DNA of 62,564 bases, counting the filler. It is 4 parts of 4 records of this genome, joined end to end, with 100 filler letters (N's around TTAATTAATTAA, not from the genome) between each part and the next. Parts side by side here need not be neighbours in the genome. Positions count along the whole stretch, not along the records: positions 1 to 24,833 come from SRR31156797_14834; 3 more parts are not named here. One strand, given 5' to 3'. Below are positions 1 through 11,023 of this stretch, piece after piece. Numbering within the stretch: the stretch's first letter is position 1; the number at the start of each line of letters is the position of its first letter. The position numbers and the translations under genes are program-made. A model generated the notes under the pieces. That model did no database searches and was not told the DNA's origin. It saw only the letters and a program-made list of their open reading frames with translations.

Positions 1-1596
1 TCTGGCTGCTTCAATTGCTGCATTTAATGCAAGTAAATTCGTTTGTTCTGCTATATTATTTATTGCTATTGTTATTTCCTCAATATTATGAGAATATACT
101 AATAAGTTTTCTATCTGTTCTTCAGCTTTTTGAACACTTCCCGAAATCGTCTTTACTTGCTCTTCTATAGTAATAATTTTATTATGACCTAAATTTGATA
201 TCTCCAAAGCCCGATTTGATTTTTCCACAACTGCTTCAGTATTTTGAATTGATTGATTTCCTGCTGCTGATATCTGTTGAAGAGCTGCTAATGACTGTTG
301 AACCCCTGCATTTTGATTTCGTACATTACCTAAAATAATTTCTATAAAATCCTGTAATTTAATTGTTCCATTTTCTAAATGAATTTCAAGTTCTTTAAAA
401 TATTTAGATTTATTACCCTCAATAATGTTATCCATTCTTTTTGCAATTAATTCATTTTTATCGAAAACCATGTCCGCTGCTTTTTGCGTTTCAAAAATAA
501 TAATTCTTAATTTTTCTATAAACATATTAAAGCACTTTGACAGTTCACCTATTTCATCTTTTCTTTTAGTTAATTTTTCTGTTATTTTCTCTGATATATC
601 ATATTTTGAAATTTTCTCAATAAAAACAAATAAATCTTCCAATGGCTTTGTTATTGTTAATTTAACTATTCTGATAATTAATAGTGAAAAAATAGTAATT
701 ACAATAAACCCTACTATAAGTACAGTTTCAATCACTTTCAAAACCGATGTAGTCTCTGTTGAGGAAAATTTAATATCACTAAACCCTGAATTTGAAATAT
801 TTTTGAATGCATCCAACATGGAATTTAACGTTAATCCACTTGTACTAAGTACATCCAATTTTGATTTTTTCAATTTTTGATACTCAATTATACTTTGAAA
901 TAAACTTGAATTAATTTGAAATAAGTTAGCATAGTCATCTTCTTTCTCTATTAAAACTTTTAGTTCTTTTACACCCTCAATAGGATTAAAAATCTCTTCT
1001 TTTTCAAAATTATTTTTCACCAATAACAGCTTTAATTGATTATAATTTTCTGTTACTTCAATTATCTTACCTATCCTTTTTTTCTCAATAGAGCTGCTTG
1101 AATTAGAAATAGTGTAATTATATCCGGATTGATATATTCCATAAAGTTTTGATAAAATTTCTTCAATCATATTTTCTATTTTTACTCTATTTTCGGATAG
1201 CTGTTGATCAAGTACTAATAGCTCTTTTATCTTATCTCTATTTATTTTTTCCATTACTTCAATTGCCTCAATCTGATTTTTAATTCTATTTAGTTCAGGT
1301 TTCTCAGCATAGGCATATCCAATTTTGATTTTTTTCTGTAATTGATCGAGTGTTTTCAAAGAATTATTAAGAGATTCCTTACTATTTTTTTCAACATATT
1401 TTCTCATATAAAACATCAGTTCATTTATCTCACTATTCATATCAGAACTTAAAATAATTGCAGGAATATACAGTTCATCAACAGCCTTTGAAAGCTTTGA
1501 TGCTTTCAAGCTGTTAATCACTCCGACAATTGTTACCAATGAAATTATTAAAAAAATACTAAAAAAACTAGCTGAAATCTTTTTACCTATTTTCAT
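1..1596 (-). CDS. Methyl-accepting chemotaxis protein (3' end truncated by window edge)
   Basis: Not in the ORF track because it has no stop. Hand translation from ATG at 1596: MKIGKKISASFFSIFLIISLVTIVG (TM1), large periplasmic region, TM2, HAMP (ITKPL...RKDEIGEL), ending in the MCP signature IAEQTNLLALNAAIEAAR at position 1. Confidence 0.93.
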   Translation of the reverse strand, partial: MKIGKKISASFFSIFLIISLVTIVGVINSLKASKLSKAVDELYIPAIILSSDMNSEINELMFYMRKYVEKNSKESLNNSLKTLDQLQKKIKIGYAYAEKPELNRIKNQIEAIEVMEKINRDKIKELLVLDQQLSENRVKIENMIEEILSKLYGIYQSGYNYTISNSSSSIEKKRIGKIIEVTENYNQLKLLLVKNNFEKEEIFNPIEGVKELKVLIEKEDDYANLFQINSSLFQSIIEYQKLKKSKLDVLSTSGLTLNSMLDAFKNISNSGFSDIKFSSTETTSVLKVIETVLIVGFIVITIFSLLIIRIVKLTITKPLEDLFVFIEKISKYDISEKITEKLTKRKDEIGELSKCFNMFIEKLRIIIFETQKAADMVFDKNELIAKRMDNIIEGNKSKYFKELEIHLENGTIKLQDFIEIILGNVRNQNAGVQQSLAALQQISAAGNQSIQNTEAVVEKSNRALEISNLGHNKIITIEEQVKTISGSVQKAEEQIENLLVYSHNIEEITIAINNIAEQTNLLALNAAIEAAR

Positions 1597-1629
1597 TTTT
1601 CATCACATACTTTCTAATTTTAGATTTTT

Positions 1630-2049
1630 CTAGAACTCTATTATGTTTAATCCCACTTCTTCAGAATATTTTCTATTAATACTACCTGATATTACATCAA
1701 TTATTAATTCACATGTTGCACTTACATATGCATAATTACAGTGACCTCCGTAGCAGTTTTGATTTGTATCACTCACTGATAAATGGGCATGAATATAAGT
1801 ATTTCCATCTTTTGTTGCTATATTTCCCTGAAAGGCAACTATTTCAAAATCACCTATAAGCTTTTTAGAGTAGTATCTTTTCTCTCTTGTTAAAAATATA
1901 CCTAATCCTGCTTCTGATACAGCTCCAATTGCAGATAATCTTCCTAGTTTAACTTCTTCATCCTTACAGACTTTTCTTAAACAAGTTAAAATTTCTTCAC
2001 CTTTATCTAACCTAACTATAATATGTCTTTCAAATAATTTATACTCCAT
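1630..2049 (-). CDS. PPC/DUF296 domain protein
   Basis: RLDKGEEI, LSAIGAVS, FEIVAFQGNI, YIHAHLSVSD...GGH motifs; AGGAG RBS. Confidence 0.88.
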   Translation of the reverse strand: MEYKLFERHIIVRLDKGEEILTCLRKVCKDEEVKLGRLSAIGAVSEAGLGIFLTREKRYYSKKLIGDFEIVAFQGNIATKDGNTYIHAHLSVSDTNQNCYGGHCNYAYVSATCELIIDVISGSINRKYSEEVGLNIIEF

Positions 2050-2248
2050 TACTCTCCTTGTTAACCTTAATTATAATGAAGGCTCTCAGAAATATCTCCA
2101 AGAGCCCAATAATATGATAAAATAGGATAATTCTAATTTAAATAGGCTGTTTTTTATATCGAGAAAATATCTACAACTGTTCTGGGAGTTCATGTAAATT
2201 ATTATTAGAATTAAGCCTATAATTTCAACAAAATTTGTTAAATTGTTA

Positions 2249-3136
2249 CTATCCTCTTGTTACTTCTACATTTCCAATTTTTTCATAGAATTTTACTACA
2301 GCACAGTGATCTTCTACTCCTGAACCATCCAATTTAATCGCTTGCATCATTTCCATTAATTGAGCTGTTAAAGGTACGGGTGCTCCTACTCCATGAGAAG
2401 TTTCTAATACGTTGTTTAGATCTTTAATGTGTAAATCTATTCTAAATCCAGGATCAAATTTTCTGTCTAAAATTAATGGAGCTTTAGCATTCATTACAGT
2501 ACTTCCTGCTAGTCCACCTTTGATTGCGTGGAATACTAATTCTGGATCTGCTCCTGCTTTTTTAGCTAACACTAACGCTTCAGACAATGCTGCTATATTA
2601 ATTGCAACTATTGCTTGATTACAAAGTTTTGCTGTATTTCCTGCACCAATTTCACCAACATAAGTTACTGATCCAGCCATAGTATTCATTACTTCATACA
2701 TTTTATCAAATTTTTCTTTTTTTCCTCCAACCATTACGGCAATAGTTCCATCAATAGCTTTGGGCTCACCTCCACTTACTGGAGCGTCTAACATGTCTAT
2801 TCCTTTTTCAGATAATGCTTCATAAACTTCTTTACTCGCTAATGGAGCGATTGAACTCATGTCGATTACTACAGTTCCTTCTTTTGCTCCTTCGATAACT
2901 CCATTTTCTCCTAATATAACAGTTTTTACATGAGGAGAGTTTGGTAACATAGTTATAACTACTTCTGATTTACTTGCTACATCTGCATTAGAAGTTCCTG
3001 CAATAGCTCCTGCTGCTACCAACTCATTTACAGCACCTTTATTAATATCAAACACTACTAATTCGTGACCTGCCTTAAGTACGTTCTTCGCCATTGGTTT
3101 ACCCATAATTCCTAATCCTATAAATCCAATTCTCAT
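2249..3136 (-). CDS. garR: 2-hydroxy-3-oxopropionate (tartronate semialdehyde) reductase
   Basis: IGFIGLGIMGKPM Rossmann motif, DAPVSGGEPKA, AKLCNQ, FDPGFRIDLHIKDL; located in a glucarate/galactarate operon. Confidence 0.92.
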   Translation of the reverse strand: MRIGFIGLGIMGKPMAKNVLKAGHELVVFDINKGAVNELVAAGAIAGTSNADVASKSEVVITMLPNSPHVKTVILGENGVIEGAKEGTVVIDMSSIAPLASKEVYEALSEKGIDMLDAPVSGGEPKAIDGTIAVMVGGKKEKFDKMYEVMNTMAGSVTYVGEIGAGNTAKLCNQAIVAINIAALSEALVLAKKAGADPELVFHAIKGGLAGSTVMNAKAPLILDRKFDPGFRIDLHIKDLNNVLETSHGVGAPVPLTAQLMEMMQAIKLDGSGVEDHCAVVKFYEKIGNVEVTRG

Positions 3137-3165
3137 TCTAAAATTCCTCCTTAGATATTTTTATA

Positions 3166-4062
3166 TTAAATTAAGTTTAATGATTTTAAAACTTCTTTAA
3201 TTTCTGCTAACTTTTCATCTGTACAAGATGTTACAGGTTTAACAGGTTGTCCAACATTTAACCCCAGTAAATTTAAGCAATCTTTTGCCACTACAGGGAA
3301 AGTTCCATATGTAAATGCATCTCTTAAAGGTACTAATTTAAATTGTGCTTCCATCGATCCTTCTAAATCTCCAGCTACATATTTTTCATAAATTTCAACA
3401 ACTAATCTTGGGGCAACATTTGCAGTTCCTGCAACTACTCCTGCTCCACCGTGTGTTAAAGTACTATTTACATAATAATCAATTCCACCAAGTACTTTAA
3501 AGTTTTCAATATCTTTAGTTGCATGAATATATTGAACTGTTTGTGCAAAATTCATAGTTGTATTCTTAATTCCTACTATATTATCAATTTGAGCTAATCT
3601 TTTTAATAATTTAACTGATATGTCATTTGTAGTTTTTCCTGGATTATTATATAAAAGAACCGGTAATTTTGTTGACTCAGCTACAGCTTCAAAATGATCA
3701 TACATTTGCTCTTCATTTGGTTGAATAAACATTGGAGGTAACAGAGTAATCGCATCTGCTCCTGCTTTTTCTGCCATTTGAGCTAAATCGATACATTGTT
3801 TAGTTGTAATAGCACTTGTTCCTACGTACACAGGAACTTTTCCATTAACTTGCTCAATTACTGTTTCAACTGCTAATTTTTGATTTTCATAGTCGAAAGC
3901 ATAAAATTCACCATTACTTCCAAGTACGAAAACTCCATGAACTCCACCATCTAAAACGTGATCCACTACTCTTCTAAGAGCAGGAACATTTACATTTTCA
4001 TTTTCATCTATCGGAGTAACTATAGGTGGAATTACTCCTCTCAACTCTTTTAACTCTAACAT
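3166..4062 (-). CDS. DapA/DHDPS-family class I aldolase, probable 5-keto-4-deoxy-D-glucarate aldolase
   Basis: GVFVLGSNGEF, LLYNNPG and Schiff-base Lys in IVGIKNT. Start moved to ATG 4062 (AAGGAG RBS). Substrate is inferred from its position between garD and garR. Confidence 0.8.
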   Translation of the reverse strand: MLELKELRGVIPPIVTPIDENENVNVPALRRVVDHVLDGGVHGVFVLGSNGEFYAFDYENQKLAVETVIEQVNGKVPVYVGTSAITTKQCIDLAQMAEKAGADAITLLPPMFIQPNEEQMYDHFEAVAESTKLPVLLYNNPGKTTNDISVKLLKRLAQIDNIVGIKNTTMNFAQTVQYIHATKDIENFKVLGGIDYYVNSTLTHGGAGVVAGTANVAPRLVVEIYEKYVAGDLEGSMEAQFKLVPLRDAFTYGTFPVVAKDCLNLLGLNVGQPVKPVTSCTDEKLAEIKEVLKSLNLI

Positions 4063-4133
4063 CTCTTCTCCTTCTATCTTCAATTTATGGATACTATACC
4101 TTAACAGATTTCTTCTCATTAATATCTATTACA

Positions 4134-5651
4134 TTATGTAACAGGGGCAGGATTGAATAAGCATAATGCATTTTCTATTTTATGGATATCTGCACATGAT
4201 TTTTTCCTTCCGCTTGCTATTTCAATTATTAATTTAAATATCTCTTCTCCAACACTTTGTATAGTCTCTTCTCCTGTAGCTATCCTTCCAGCATCTACAT
4301 CGATTAAACCTTTCCATTTATTGGCAAGTGTTGTTCTGCTTGACACTTTAATTACAGGTGCCATTGATAATCCGTAAGTTGTTCCTCTTCCTGTTGTAAA
4401 TATCTGCGTTGTAATACCTGAAGCTAACTGACATGTTCCACATACAAAATCACTGGCAGGTGTTGCAGCAAATATTAATCCTTTTCTAGTAGGCTTTTCT
4501 CCTGCCGACAAAACATCTACAATAGGAGAACTTCCCGACTTAGTTATTGATCCAAGCGATTTTTCTACGATATTAGCTAATCCTCCTTTTTTATTTCCCG
4601 GTGCGGGATTAGCGTCTCTATCAACTTCTCCTGTATCTAAATATTTGTCATACCAAGCCATTTCGTCTTTCATTTTCTGACCGACTTCTTCATTGATCGC
4701 TCTCGGAGTCAATAGATGAACTCCGTCTCTTACTTCTGATACTTCAGAAAACATCACTGTTGCTCCTGCTCTCACTAACAAATCCGCAGCATATCCTACT
4801 GCTGGATTAGATGTAACTCCGGAAAAAGCATCACTTCCACCACATTGTAGGCCAACAACCAGTTCAGAAAGTGGTAATTCTTCTCTTTGTCTATTATTTA
4901 ATCTTTCCAGTATCTCTTTTGCTTTATTACAAATTCTTTCAATCATTACATCGAAGCCTGCTTCTTCTTGTAATGTAATTAAGTTTTCCTCTTTGATATC
5001 TACAAATAATTTCTCCGGCAATAACTTTTCACATCCAAGACTTACAACCATTAACTCATTACCAAAGTTTGGATGACTACCTAAGTTTCTTAATATTCTG
5101 ATTGGTACTTTTGCTTCAGGCGCATCTATCGCTACTCCACAACCATAATTATGATTAATGGGTATTATTCCGTCTACATTTGGATATAGAGGTAATAGCT
5201 CTTTTTTAATCTTCTCAACAGCTACGTTAAGCACGCCTTCAACACACTGCACTGTTGTCATTATTCCCAGCATATTTTTTGTACCGGCAACTCCTAATTT
5301 GTTCTTATATCCCATAAAAGTATATCCCTCTAGAGGTGATAACTCTTCGAGTATAGTTGTTGCTACAGGCAGTTCAGCTAAAACGGGCGGAGTAGGCAAA
5401 TCTACCTTAGTTTCATCTATCCAGCTACCTTTAGGAATATCGAATTTAGCATATCCAATTACTTCTCCGTAACGAATAATTTCATCTCCTTTTTTAAGAT
5501 CAACAAGTGATACTTTATGACTTTGAGGAATATGTTCTACAGTTATTAAATCATTACTAATTTTAACTCCATTATCTAATCCTTCTTCATTAACAACATT
5601 TGATACATTATCATCTTCATTAACTTTTATCAATATTGCCTTACTCACCAA
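4134..5651 (-). CDS. garD: Galactarate dehydratase (UxaA/GarD family)
   Basis: N-terminal SAF domain (HKVSL...IIRYGEVIG), [30 protein letters not shown]-terminal LFNPAPVT typical of GarD. Confidence 0.93.
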   Translation of the reverse strand: MVSKAILIKVNEDDNVSNVVNEEGLDNGVKISNDLITVEHIPQSHKVSLVDLKKGDEIIRYGEVIGYAKFDIPKGSWIDETKVDLPTPPVLAELPVATTILEELSPLEGYTFMGYKNKLGVAGTKNMLGIMTTVQCVEGVLNVAVEKIKKELLPLYPNVDGIIPINHNYGCGVAIDAPEAKVPIRILRNLGSHPNFGNELMVVSLGCEKLLPEKLFVDIKEENLITLQEEAGFDVMIERICNKAKEILERLNNRQREELPLSELVVGLQCGGSDAFSGVTSNPAVGYAADLLVRAGATVMFSEVSEVRDGVHLLTPRAINEEVGQKMKDEMAWYDKYLDTGEVDRDANPAPGNKKGGLANIVEKSLGSITKSGSSPIVDVLSAGEKPTRKGLIFAATPASDFVCGTCQLASGITTQIFTTGRGTTYGLSMAPVIKVSSRTTLANKWKGLIDVDAGRIATGEETIQSVGEEIFKLIIEIASGRKKSCADIHKIENALCLFNPAPVT

Positions 5652-5694
5652 ATTATCCTCCTATACTTTTACTTAATTTTTTATTATTCTGTTT

Positions 5695-7197
5695 TTATGT
5701 TTGAGGCAATTCACACTTTCTCGAATTATAAATTGAATAAGCAACTGAAATTATTATAAATATCCATAAAATCATTGCAATTGGACTTTTTGTAAAGAAA
5801 ATTGTAAAACTTCCAAACGATTCTAAACTTTTTACAAAATAAATTTCTGCAGATTTTCCTAAAATAAATCCGATTAAGAATGATGGTACTTCAATACCAA
5901 TTTTATTAGCCACATATCCTAAAAATCCAAATATGAATAAAGTCCATACATCGAACATAACTCCATAATTAACCGCATATGATCCTACGACACACATTAC
6001 AACTATTATTGGATATAGAATATATTTAGGTACGTATACTACTTTAGAAATTAGCTTTATAGAATAAAACATTACGAAAAACATAATAATATTTGTACAT
6101 AGCACTGAGAAAAGCATACTGTTCCAAACTATTGGGTTATTTCCAATAAATAGTGGTCCTACTTGTATCCCCTGTAGTGTAAATGCTCCGATCAGTACAG
6201 CTGTTGTACTGTCTCCGGGAATTCCAAGTGATAATAATGGTATTAACGCTCCTCCGGTAAGTCCATTGTTAGCGGACTCAGAAGCTATAATTCCTGCTGG
6301 TTCTCCCGAACCGAATTTACAGTTTTTAGAAAAACTTTTTGCTTGAGAATATGAAAGTATCGATGCTGCACTTCCTCCAACTCCAGGTAACATCCCAACG
6401 AATGTTCCTATACTTGATGATCTTATTAAATTAACTATCTGACCTTTAAATAATTTGATACTAAATTTGTCTTTTGGGTCTTTTGTATCTCCAAGATCAA
6501 CTTTATCAAAATGATTTTCTTTCATTCCCTTTTCTGCTTCACCTATTATTGTTGAAACAGCAAATAATCCAATTAGTACAGGTAACAATGAAAATCCGTT
6601 TTTTAATACTCCTTCAAAAGCTTCAGGAAGAAGTCTTAATTTTCCATTTCCTCCGGATTCTATACCATACATACCAATTAAACTACAGACTATTCCTAAT
6701 GATCCACTAAATAAACCTACAAGCATGCTCTTTTTAGATAAAGCAGCTATTACTGTTAAAGCAAATAAAATTATTAAAAACTTTTCAACATATGAAAATT
6801 TAATTGCGATTTCAGATAATATAGGTGTAAATAATGCTAATATAATTAAACTAAAAACTCCTCCAACTAAAGATGATGCAATACCTATTTTAAGAGCTTT
6901 TGCTCCTTCTCCATTTTGTGTCATAGGATAACCATCAAATGTAGTTGTTATTGACGATGGAGTTCCTGGTATATTTAATAATATTGCCGGAACTAATCCT
7001 CCTGAGATTCCTCCTACATATAACCCTATCAAAAGTGCTAGTGAGTCATAAATCTCAAAAGCATAAGTTACAGGCAGAAATACTGCTAGTGCCATTGTTG
7101 CAGTCATTCCAGGAATTGCACCGAAAATAATTCCTCCACATACACCAATAAACATCAAAATGTATGACATCGGTGATAAATAACTTAAAAATTCCAT
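5695..7197 (-). CDS. tctA: Tripartite tricarboxylate transporter large permease
   Basis: GAIPGMTATM, NIPGTPS, ESANN, LGIPGD motifs; highly hydrophobic. Confidence 0.93.
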   Translation of the reverse strand: MEFLSYLSPMSYILMFIGVCGGIIFGAIPGMTATMALAVFLPVTYAFEIYDSLALLIGLYVGGISGGLVPAILLNIPGTPSSITTTFDGYPMTQNGEGAKALKIGIASSLVGGVFSLIILALFTPILSEIAIKFSYVEKFLIILFALTVIAALSKKSMLVGLFSGSLGIVCSLIGMYGIESGGNGKLRLLPEAFEGVLKNGFSLLPVLIGLFAVSTIIGEAEKGMKENHFDKVDLGDTKDPKDKFSIKLFKGQIVNLIRSSSIGTFVGMLPGVGGSAASILSYSQAKSFSKNCKFGSGEPAGIIASESANNGLTGGALIPLLSLGIPGDSTTAVLIGAFTLQGIQVGPLFIGNNPIVWNSMLFSVLCTNIIMFFVMFYSIKLISKVVYVPKYILYPIIVVMCVVGSYAVNYGVMFDVWTLFIFGFLGYVANKIGIEVPSFLIGFILGKSAEIYFVKSLESFGSFTIFFTKSPIAMILWIFIIISVAYSIYNSRKCELPQT

Positions 7198-7216
7198 TTA
7201 CGTTCCCTCCAATTTT

Positions 7217-7633
7217 CTAAGGAAGCGTTATATTAAATAACGTTCCGAATACAAACCATGCAGTTAATGGTGTTAAGATTGAATTTAGCGATAATGCTAT
7301 TAATTTTCTTTTACTTGGTTTACCTGTAAATAATAGAGATACAAGAAATATAAATATTATTGATGTGAAAAGAAAACCGTATCCTGTATTAGGAAACACC
7401 ATCCCAACTAACTCCATGCCTTTAAAATATATTGCAATTAGCATTAGTGTACCGAAAAATTTTAATTTATCGTATCCTTCTTCGAAAAAGCTGATTTTTT
7501 TATTTCCATATTTATATTCTTTTATTTTATACGGTAAGAATTTTACCGCTATTATAATCAATAATAATAAAGAAATTGTTATCATGATTTTAGGAAAAAA
7601 AAGATGTGATTGTTCAAAATTAATATTAATCAC
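7217..7633 (-). CDS. tctB: Tripartite tricarboxylate transporter small subunit
   Basis: About 4 TM segments, FFPK near the N-terminus, ends LFNITLP; lies between tctC and tctA. Confidence 0.82.
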   Translation of the reverse strand: MININFEQSHLFFPKIMITISLLLLIIIAVKFLPYKIKEYKYGNKKISFFEEGYDKLKFFGTLMLIAIYFKGMELVGMVFPNTGYGFLFTSIIFIFLVSLLFTGKPSKRKLIALSLNSILTPLTAWFVFGTLFNITLP

Positions 7634-7659
7634 TTTAATCTACCCTCCTGTTTTTTTGA

Positions 7660-7698
7660 CTATCAGGCTAATAAAAATACTTTCTATCAGCCTGATAG
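7660..7698. promoter_or_regulatory. Intergenic stem-loop after tctC (mRNA stabiliser or partial terminator)
   Basis: CTATCAGGCT (7660-7669) / AGCCTGATAG (7689-7698) inverted repeat between the binding-protein gene and the membrane-subunit genes. Confidence 0.5.
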
Positions 7699-7705
7699 AA
7701 TTAAA

Positions 7706-8791
7706 TTATTTTTTAATTGACTCAATAATTTTGCTATAAGCTGCTGATTTTGATTTTAAATATTTATTAGCTTCTGCTGTTGTTTTATGTTTTGGTACAA
7801 AGAAAGCCTCTGATAATTGTTTAATCATCTCTTCACTTTGGAAAGCTTCTTTGATTGCTCTATCATATAAATCAACTATCTTAGGGCTCATATCTTTGTT
7901 ATAAAGCACATAGAAATCTTTATCAAATGTAAAATTTGTAATAGAATCCTGTTTAACAACTACGTTAGGCTCTCCATACTGCATTAATTGATCTTTTGAA
8001 GTAGTTCCAAAACCTTTATCACTAGTTTTTGCTAAAGTATCACTAGAAGCAGTTAACCAGATAAATTTCATTGCTTTTTGATCATCAGCTGGCAAGTAAT
8101 TAAACTGTTCATTTGCTTGAACCGAAGAGTTTATTATATCTGCTAATCCGTCAAACAGTTGTTGGTTTTTATCTGCTTGAGAACCAGTATTTACAGCAAC
8201 AACATTTTTTTCCATTCCGGGATACTTAATTTTAACTGCATTTTTGATAGCACTAAATCCAATTTCTGATACTCCACCAGGTTGGATAGCAACTCTTATT
8301 TTTTCACCATCTCCTGCTGCTTCAATTACATCTTCAACTGTATTATATTTTGAACCTTTTGCAGCTGAAAATGCATTTCCAGGGTTAGTCGCCAATAATG
8401 GACCAATTTGATACTCTTCAAATATATTAGTATATCCAGCTTTTCCATATAAATATCCTAAATAAGCCATATCATGGAAAATCATGATTGTACTTCCATC
8501 TTTTACTCTTTTAATTGCATCCATTCCACTGAATGCTCCAACAGCGTCTACTTTTACGTTCTTACCTAGTACTTCACCAAGTTGTTGAGCCACAATACTC
8601 GATGATTGATAGGTATCTCCACCTGTTGATTTTGATCCGATTACTACTCTGATATTTTTTGCTCTAATTACTTTCTTCGCTTCTTTTTGAAGTTCAGTCA
8701 TATCAGATTTTTTTCCTCCAAAACCTAAAAAACCAAATGCTGCTGTTGATAATGATGCACATAAAACCGTTAATAAAAATAATTTCTTCAT
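7706..8791 (-). CDS. tctC: TTT-family (TctC/Bug) substrate-binding protein, probably aldarate-binding
   Basis: Signal peptide MKKLFLL...AAFG, GGDT motif, DGSTIM; directly upstream of tctB-tctA. Confidence 0.8.
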   Translation of the reverse strand: MKKLFLLTVLCASLSTAAFGFLGFGGKKSDMTELQKEAKKVIRAKNIRVVIGSKSTGGDTYQSSSIVAQQLGEVLGKNVKVDAVGAFSGMDAIKRVKDGSTIMIFHDMAYLGYLYGKAGYTNIFEEYQIGPLLATNPGNAFSAAKGSKYNTVEDVIEAAGDGEKIRVAIQPGGVSEIGFSAIKNAVKIKYPGMEKNVVAVNTGSQADKNQQLFDGLADIINSSVQANEQFNYLPADDQKAMKFIWLTASSDTLAKTSDKGFGTTSKDQLMQYGEPNVVVKQDSITNFTFDKDFYVLYNKDMSPKIVDLYDRAIKEAFQSEEMIKQLSEAFFVPKHKTTAEANKYLKSKSAAYSKIIESIKK

Positions 8792-8933
8792 GTTGCACTT
8801 CCTCCTTATTTTATATATTTTTATTCCAAGCTAAAATTATAGTGAACTATAATCAGCTCGATAAAAATTTATTTATTAATATCTAAGTTTCCTATTTTTC
8901 AATCTTTTTTATTATCAATAATAAGTTTATAGA

Positions 8934-10259
8934 TTATCTAACTAAGCAAGGTTTTTTATTATCAAATTTCCATTCTGGAATCAGATACTGCATTCCTAGT
9001 GAATCGTCTCTTCCACCAAGACCTTCTTTTTTATATAATTCGTGAGCTTTCATCACAGCTTCCATGTCAATATCTATCCCTAATCCAGGTTTATTAGGAA
9101 CTTTAACATATCCATCTTGAATTTCAAGAGGCTCTTTTGTTAATCTATCTATCCCCTCTTGCCAAATCCAATGAGTATCAATTGCTGTTACATTTCCAGG
9201 TACAGCACAAGCTACATGTGTAAACATAGCTAACGAGATATCAAAATGATTATTTGAATGTGATCCCCAAGTTAAATCAAACGCTTCACACATTTGTCCA
9301 ACTCTTACCGATCCGTTCATAGTCCAAAAATGAGGATCTGCTAAAGGTATATCTACTGAATTAAGTGCTATCGTATGAGCAAATTCTCTCCAGTCAGTAG
9401 AAATCATGTTAGTTGCAGTTGGAAATCCTGTTTTCTTTTTGAATTCAGCCATAACCTCTCTTCCTGAAAATCTTCCTTCTGCTCCACAAGGATCTTCACA
9501 GTAAGTTAATACATCAGTTAAACTGTTCGCAGTTTCTACTGCATCATTTAATAACCATCCACCATTAGGATCAAGTGTAATTCTTGCATCTGGAAATCTT
9601 TCTTTTAACGCTCTAACTGCTTTTGCTTCTTCTTCAGCTGCTAGTACTCCACCTTTAAGTTTAAAGTCATTAAATCCGTATTTTGCTTTTGAAGCTTCAG
9701 CTAATTTAACTACTGCTTCAGGAGTCATTGCTTCTTCTCTTCTAACTCTGTACCATTCACAGTCAGAATCTTTTTCTCTCAAATAAGGTAAATTTGTTTT
9801 GTCAGGGTCTCCTACGAAGAAAAGATATCCAAGCATAAGAGCTTTATCTCTTACTTGGCCGTCTCCTAATAATGCACAAACAGGAACATTCAGATGTTTT
9901 CCTAACAGATCTAAAAGAGCTGCTTCAATTGCAGTTACAACGTGAACTGTTGTTCTAAGATCAAATGTTTGTAATCCTCTTACATCATTTGGATTATCAA
10001 ATTTCTCTTGAACTAATTTTAAAGTATTTTTGTAAGCTCCAATGTTCGATCCTACTACGTACTCTTTTGTTTCTTCTAATGTTTTAGTTATTTTTTCTCC
10101 TCCAGGAACCTCTCCAATTCCTATATTTCCTGAGTCATCTTTTATTATTACAATGTTTCTTGTAAAGTATGGCCCATGGGCTCCACTTAAATTTAAAAGC
10201 ATACTATCTCTACCTGCTACAGGTATAACTTGCATCTCAATTACTTTTGGTGCTGACAT
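8934..10259 (-). CDS. gudD: Glucarate dehydratase (enolase superfamily)
   Basis: [57 protein letters not shown], ends KKPCLVR. Confidence 0.96.
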   Translation of the reverse strand: MSAPKVIEMQVIPVAGRDSMLLNLSGAHGPYFTRNIVIIKDDSGNIGIGEVPGGEKITKTLEETKEYVVGSNIGAYKNTLKLVQEKFDNPNDVRGLQTFDLRTTVHVVTAIEAALLDLLGKHLNVPVCALLGDGQVRDKALMLGYLFFVGDPDKTNLPYLREKDSDCEWYRVRREEAMTPEAVVKLAEASKAKYGFNDFKLKGGVLAAEEEAKAVRALKERFPDARITLDPNGGWLLNDAVETANSLTDVLTYCEDPCGAEGRFSGREVMAEFKKKTGFPTATNMISTDWREFAHTIALNSVDIPLADPHFWTMNGSVRVGQMCEAFDLTWGSHSNNHFDISLAMFTHVACAVPGNVTAIDTHWIWQEGIDRLTKEPLEIQDGYVKVPNKPGLGIDIDMEAVMKAHELYKKEGLGGRDDSLGMQYLIPEWKFDNKKPCLVR

Positions 10260-10301
10260 TATTCGCCTCCTAATATTTTTTTAACTCAACTTTTTTTAAT
10301 A

Positions 10302-10682
10302 TTAAAATAATTTTTTTCTTAATTCTACGTCTATACTTTCACCTAGATAATTAAAGTAGTCACAATCTTCTTGAATCTTTCCGAATGCTATTCCTGGTGA
10401 AGCCATCTTCGGTCTTTCATCTGTACTGGCTGGTGTCGGTCCGAAAAATATACAAAACGCATTACCGTCCGGCCAAAGAGCTACTTCACCTTTTTCAAAG
10501 AATGATGTTTTTTGATCTTTTCCAGAAGGTATCGTAGGACTAACAGTGCCATAATACTCACCTCCCCATTTACTCATATCTATTGTTTGAGGTAAGGAAT
10601 CATAAAGAGATTCTGAAGCATATGTATCATATAACTCAATTGTAAATTTTTGATCATTAATAATCATTGTAATTTTTTTCAT
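10302..10682 (-). CDS. Cyclophilin-like fold protein
   Basis: LP...WGGEYY...GEVALWPDGNAFCIFFGPTPAS pattern; first gene of the operon. Confidence 0.78.
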   Translation of the reverse strand: MKKITMIINDQKFTIELYDTYASESLYDSLPQTIDMSKWGGEYYGTVSPTIPSGKDQKTSFFEKGEVALWPDGNAFCIFFGPTPASTDERPKMASPGIAFGKIQEDCDYFNYLGESIDVELRKKLF

Positions 10683-10755
10683 TAAAACTAATACCTCCTA
10701 AAGACTTTTTAATTTTCTAATTTCTTATCGCAATAAGCTTATCTCTTATGACACA

Positions 10756-10844
10756 ATGATAGAATATTTTTAGAATAAAAAAAAGAATATTAATACGAAA
10801 TGGATTATTTTCAAACGAAATTCCGCATAGCTTCTACGAAATGA
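10756..10844 (-). promoter_or_regulatory. Putative LytTR-activated promoter of the aldarate operon
   Basis: ACGAAAT occurs on the + strand at 10795, 10815 and 10836 (20-21 bp period; ATTTCGT on the - strand). A -10-like TATCAT lies on the - strand at 10761-10756, 32 nt from the proximal box. Confidence 0.62.
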
Positions 10845-10937
10845 TTTTTCAGTCCCCTTCTCTTTTACATCCGATTTATTTTTTGACAGTTTTTACGATT
10901 TTAGTACGTTTCAAGCTATTTCTGGCTTATTCGCGAT

Positions 10938-11005
10938 GCCGTTCGTAGTGCTATATCGCTATTCGTAGTTCAGTGGTTTAAATGTTTTATCAAATAGAGT
11001 ATAAT
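10938..11005 (+). promoter_or_regulatory. Putative divergent LytTR-type promoter with no downstream ORF
   Basis: TTCGTAGT at 10942 and 10962 (20 bp period), followed 32 nt after the TTCGTA core by a perfect TATAAT at 11000-11005. Confidence 0.45.
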
Positions 11006-11023
11006 TTTTAGTAAGTAATATAA

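Noticed and set aside
425-880. 151-aa + strand ORF and the many similar antisense or alternate-frame ORFs across the window (e.g. 30950-32116, 51725-52690, 61384-62449)
   Set aside because: Shadows of well-supported genes on the opposite strand or frame, with no motifs or RBS.
3166-4062. dapA (lysine biosynthesis) or kdgD call
   Set aside because: The context with garR and no semialdehyde dehydrogenase favours an aldolase; no gene symbol assigned.
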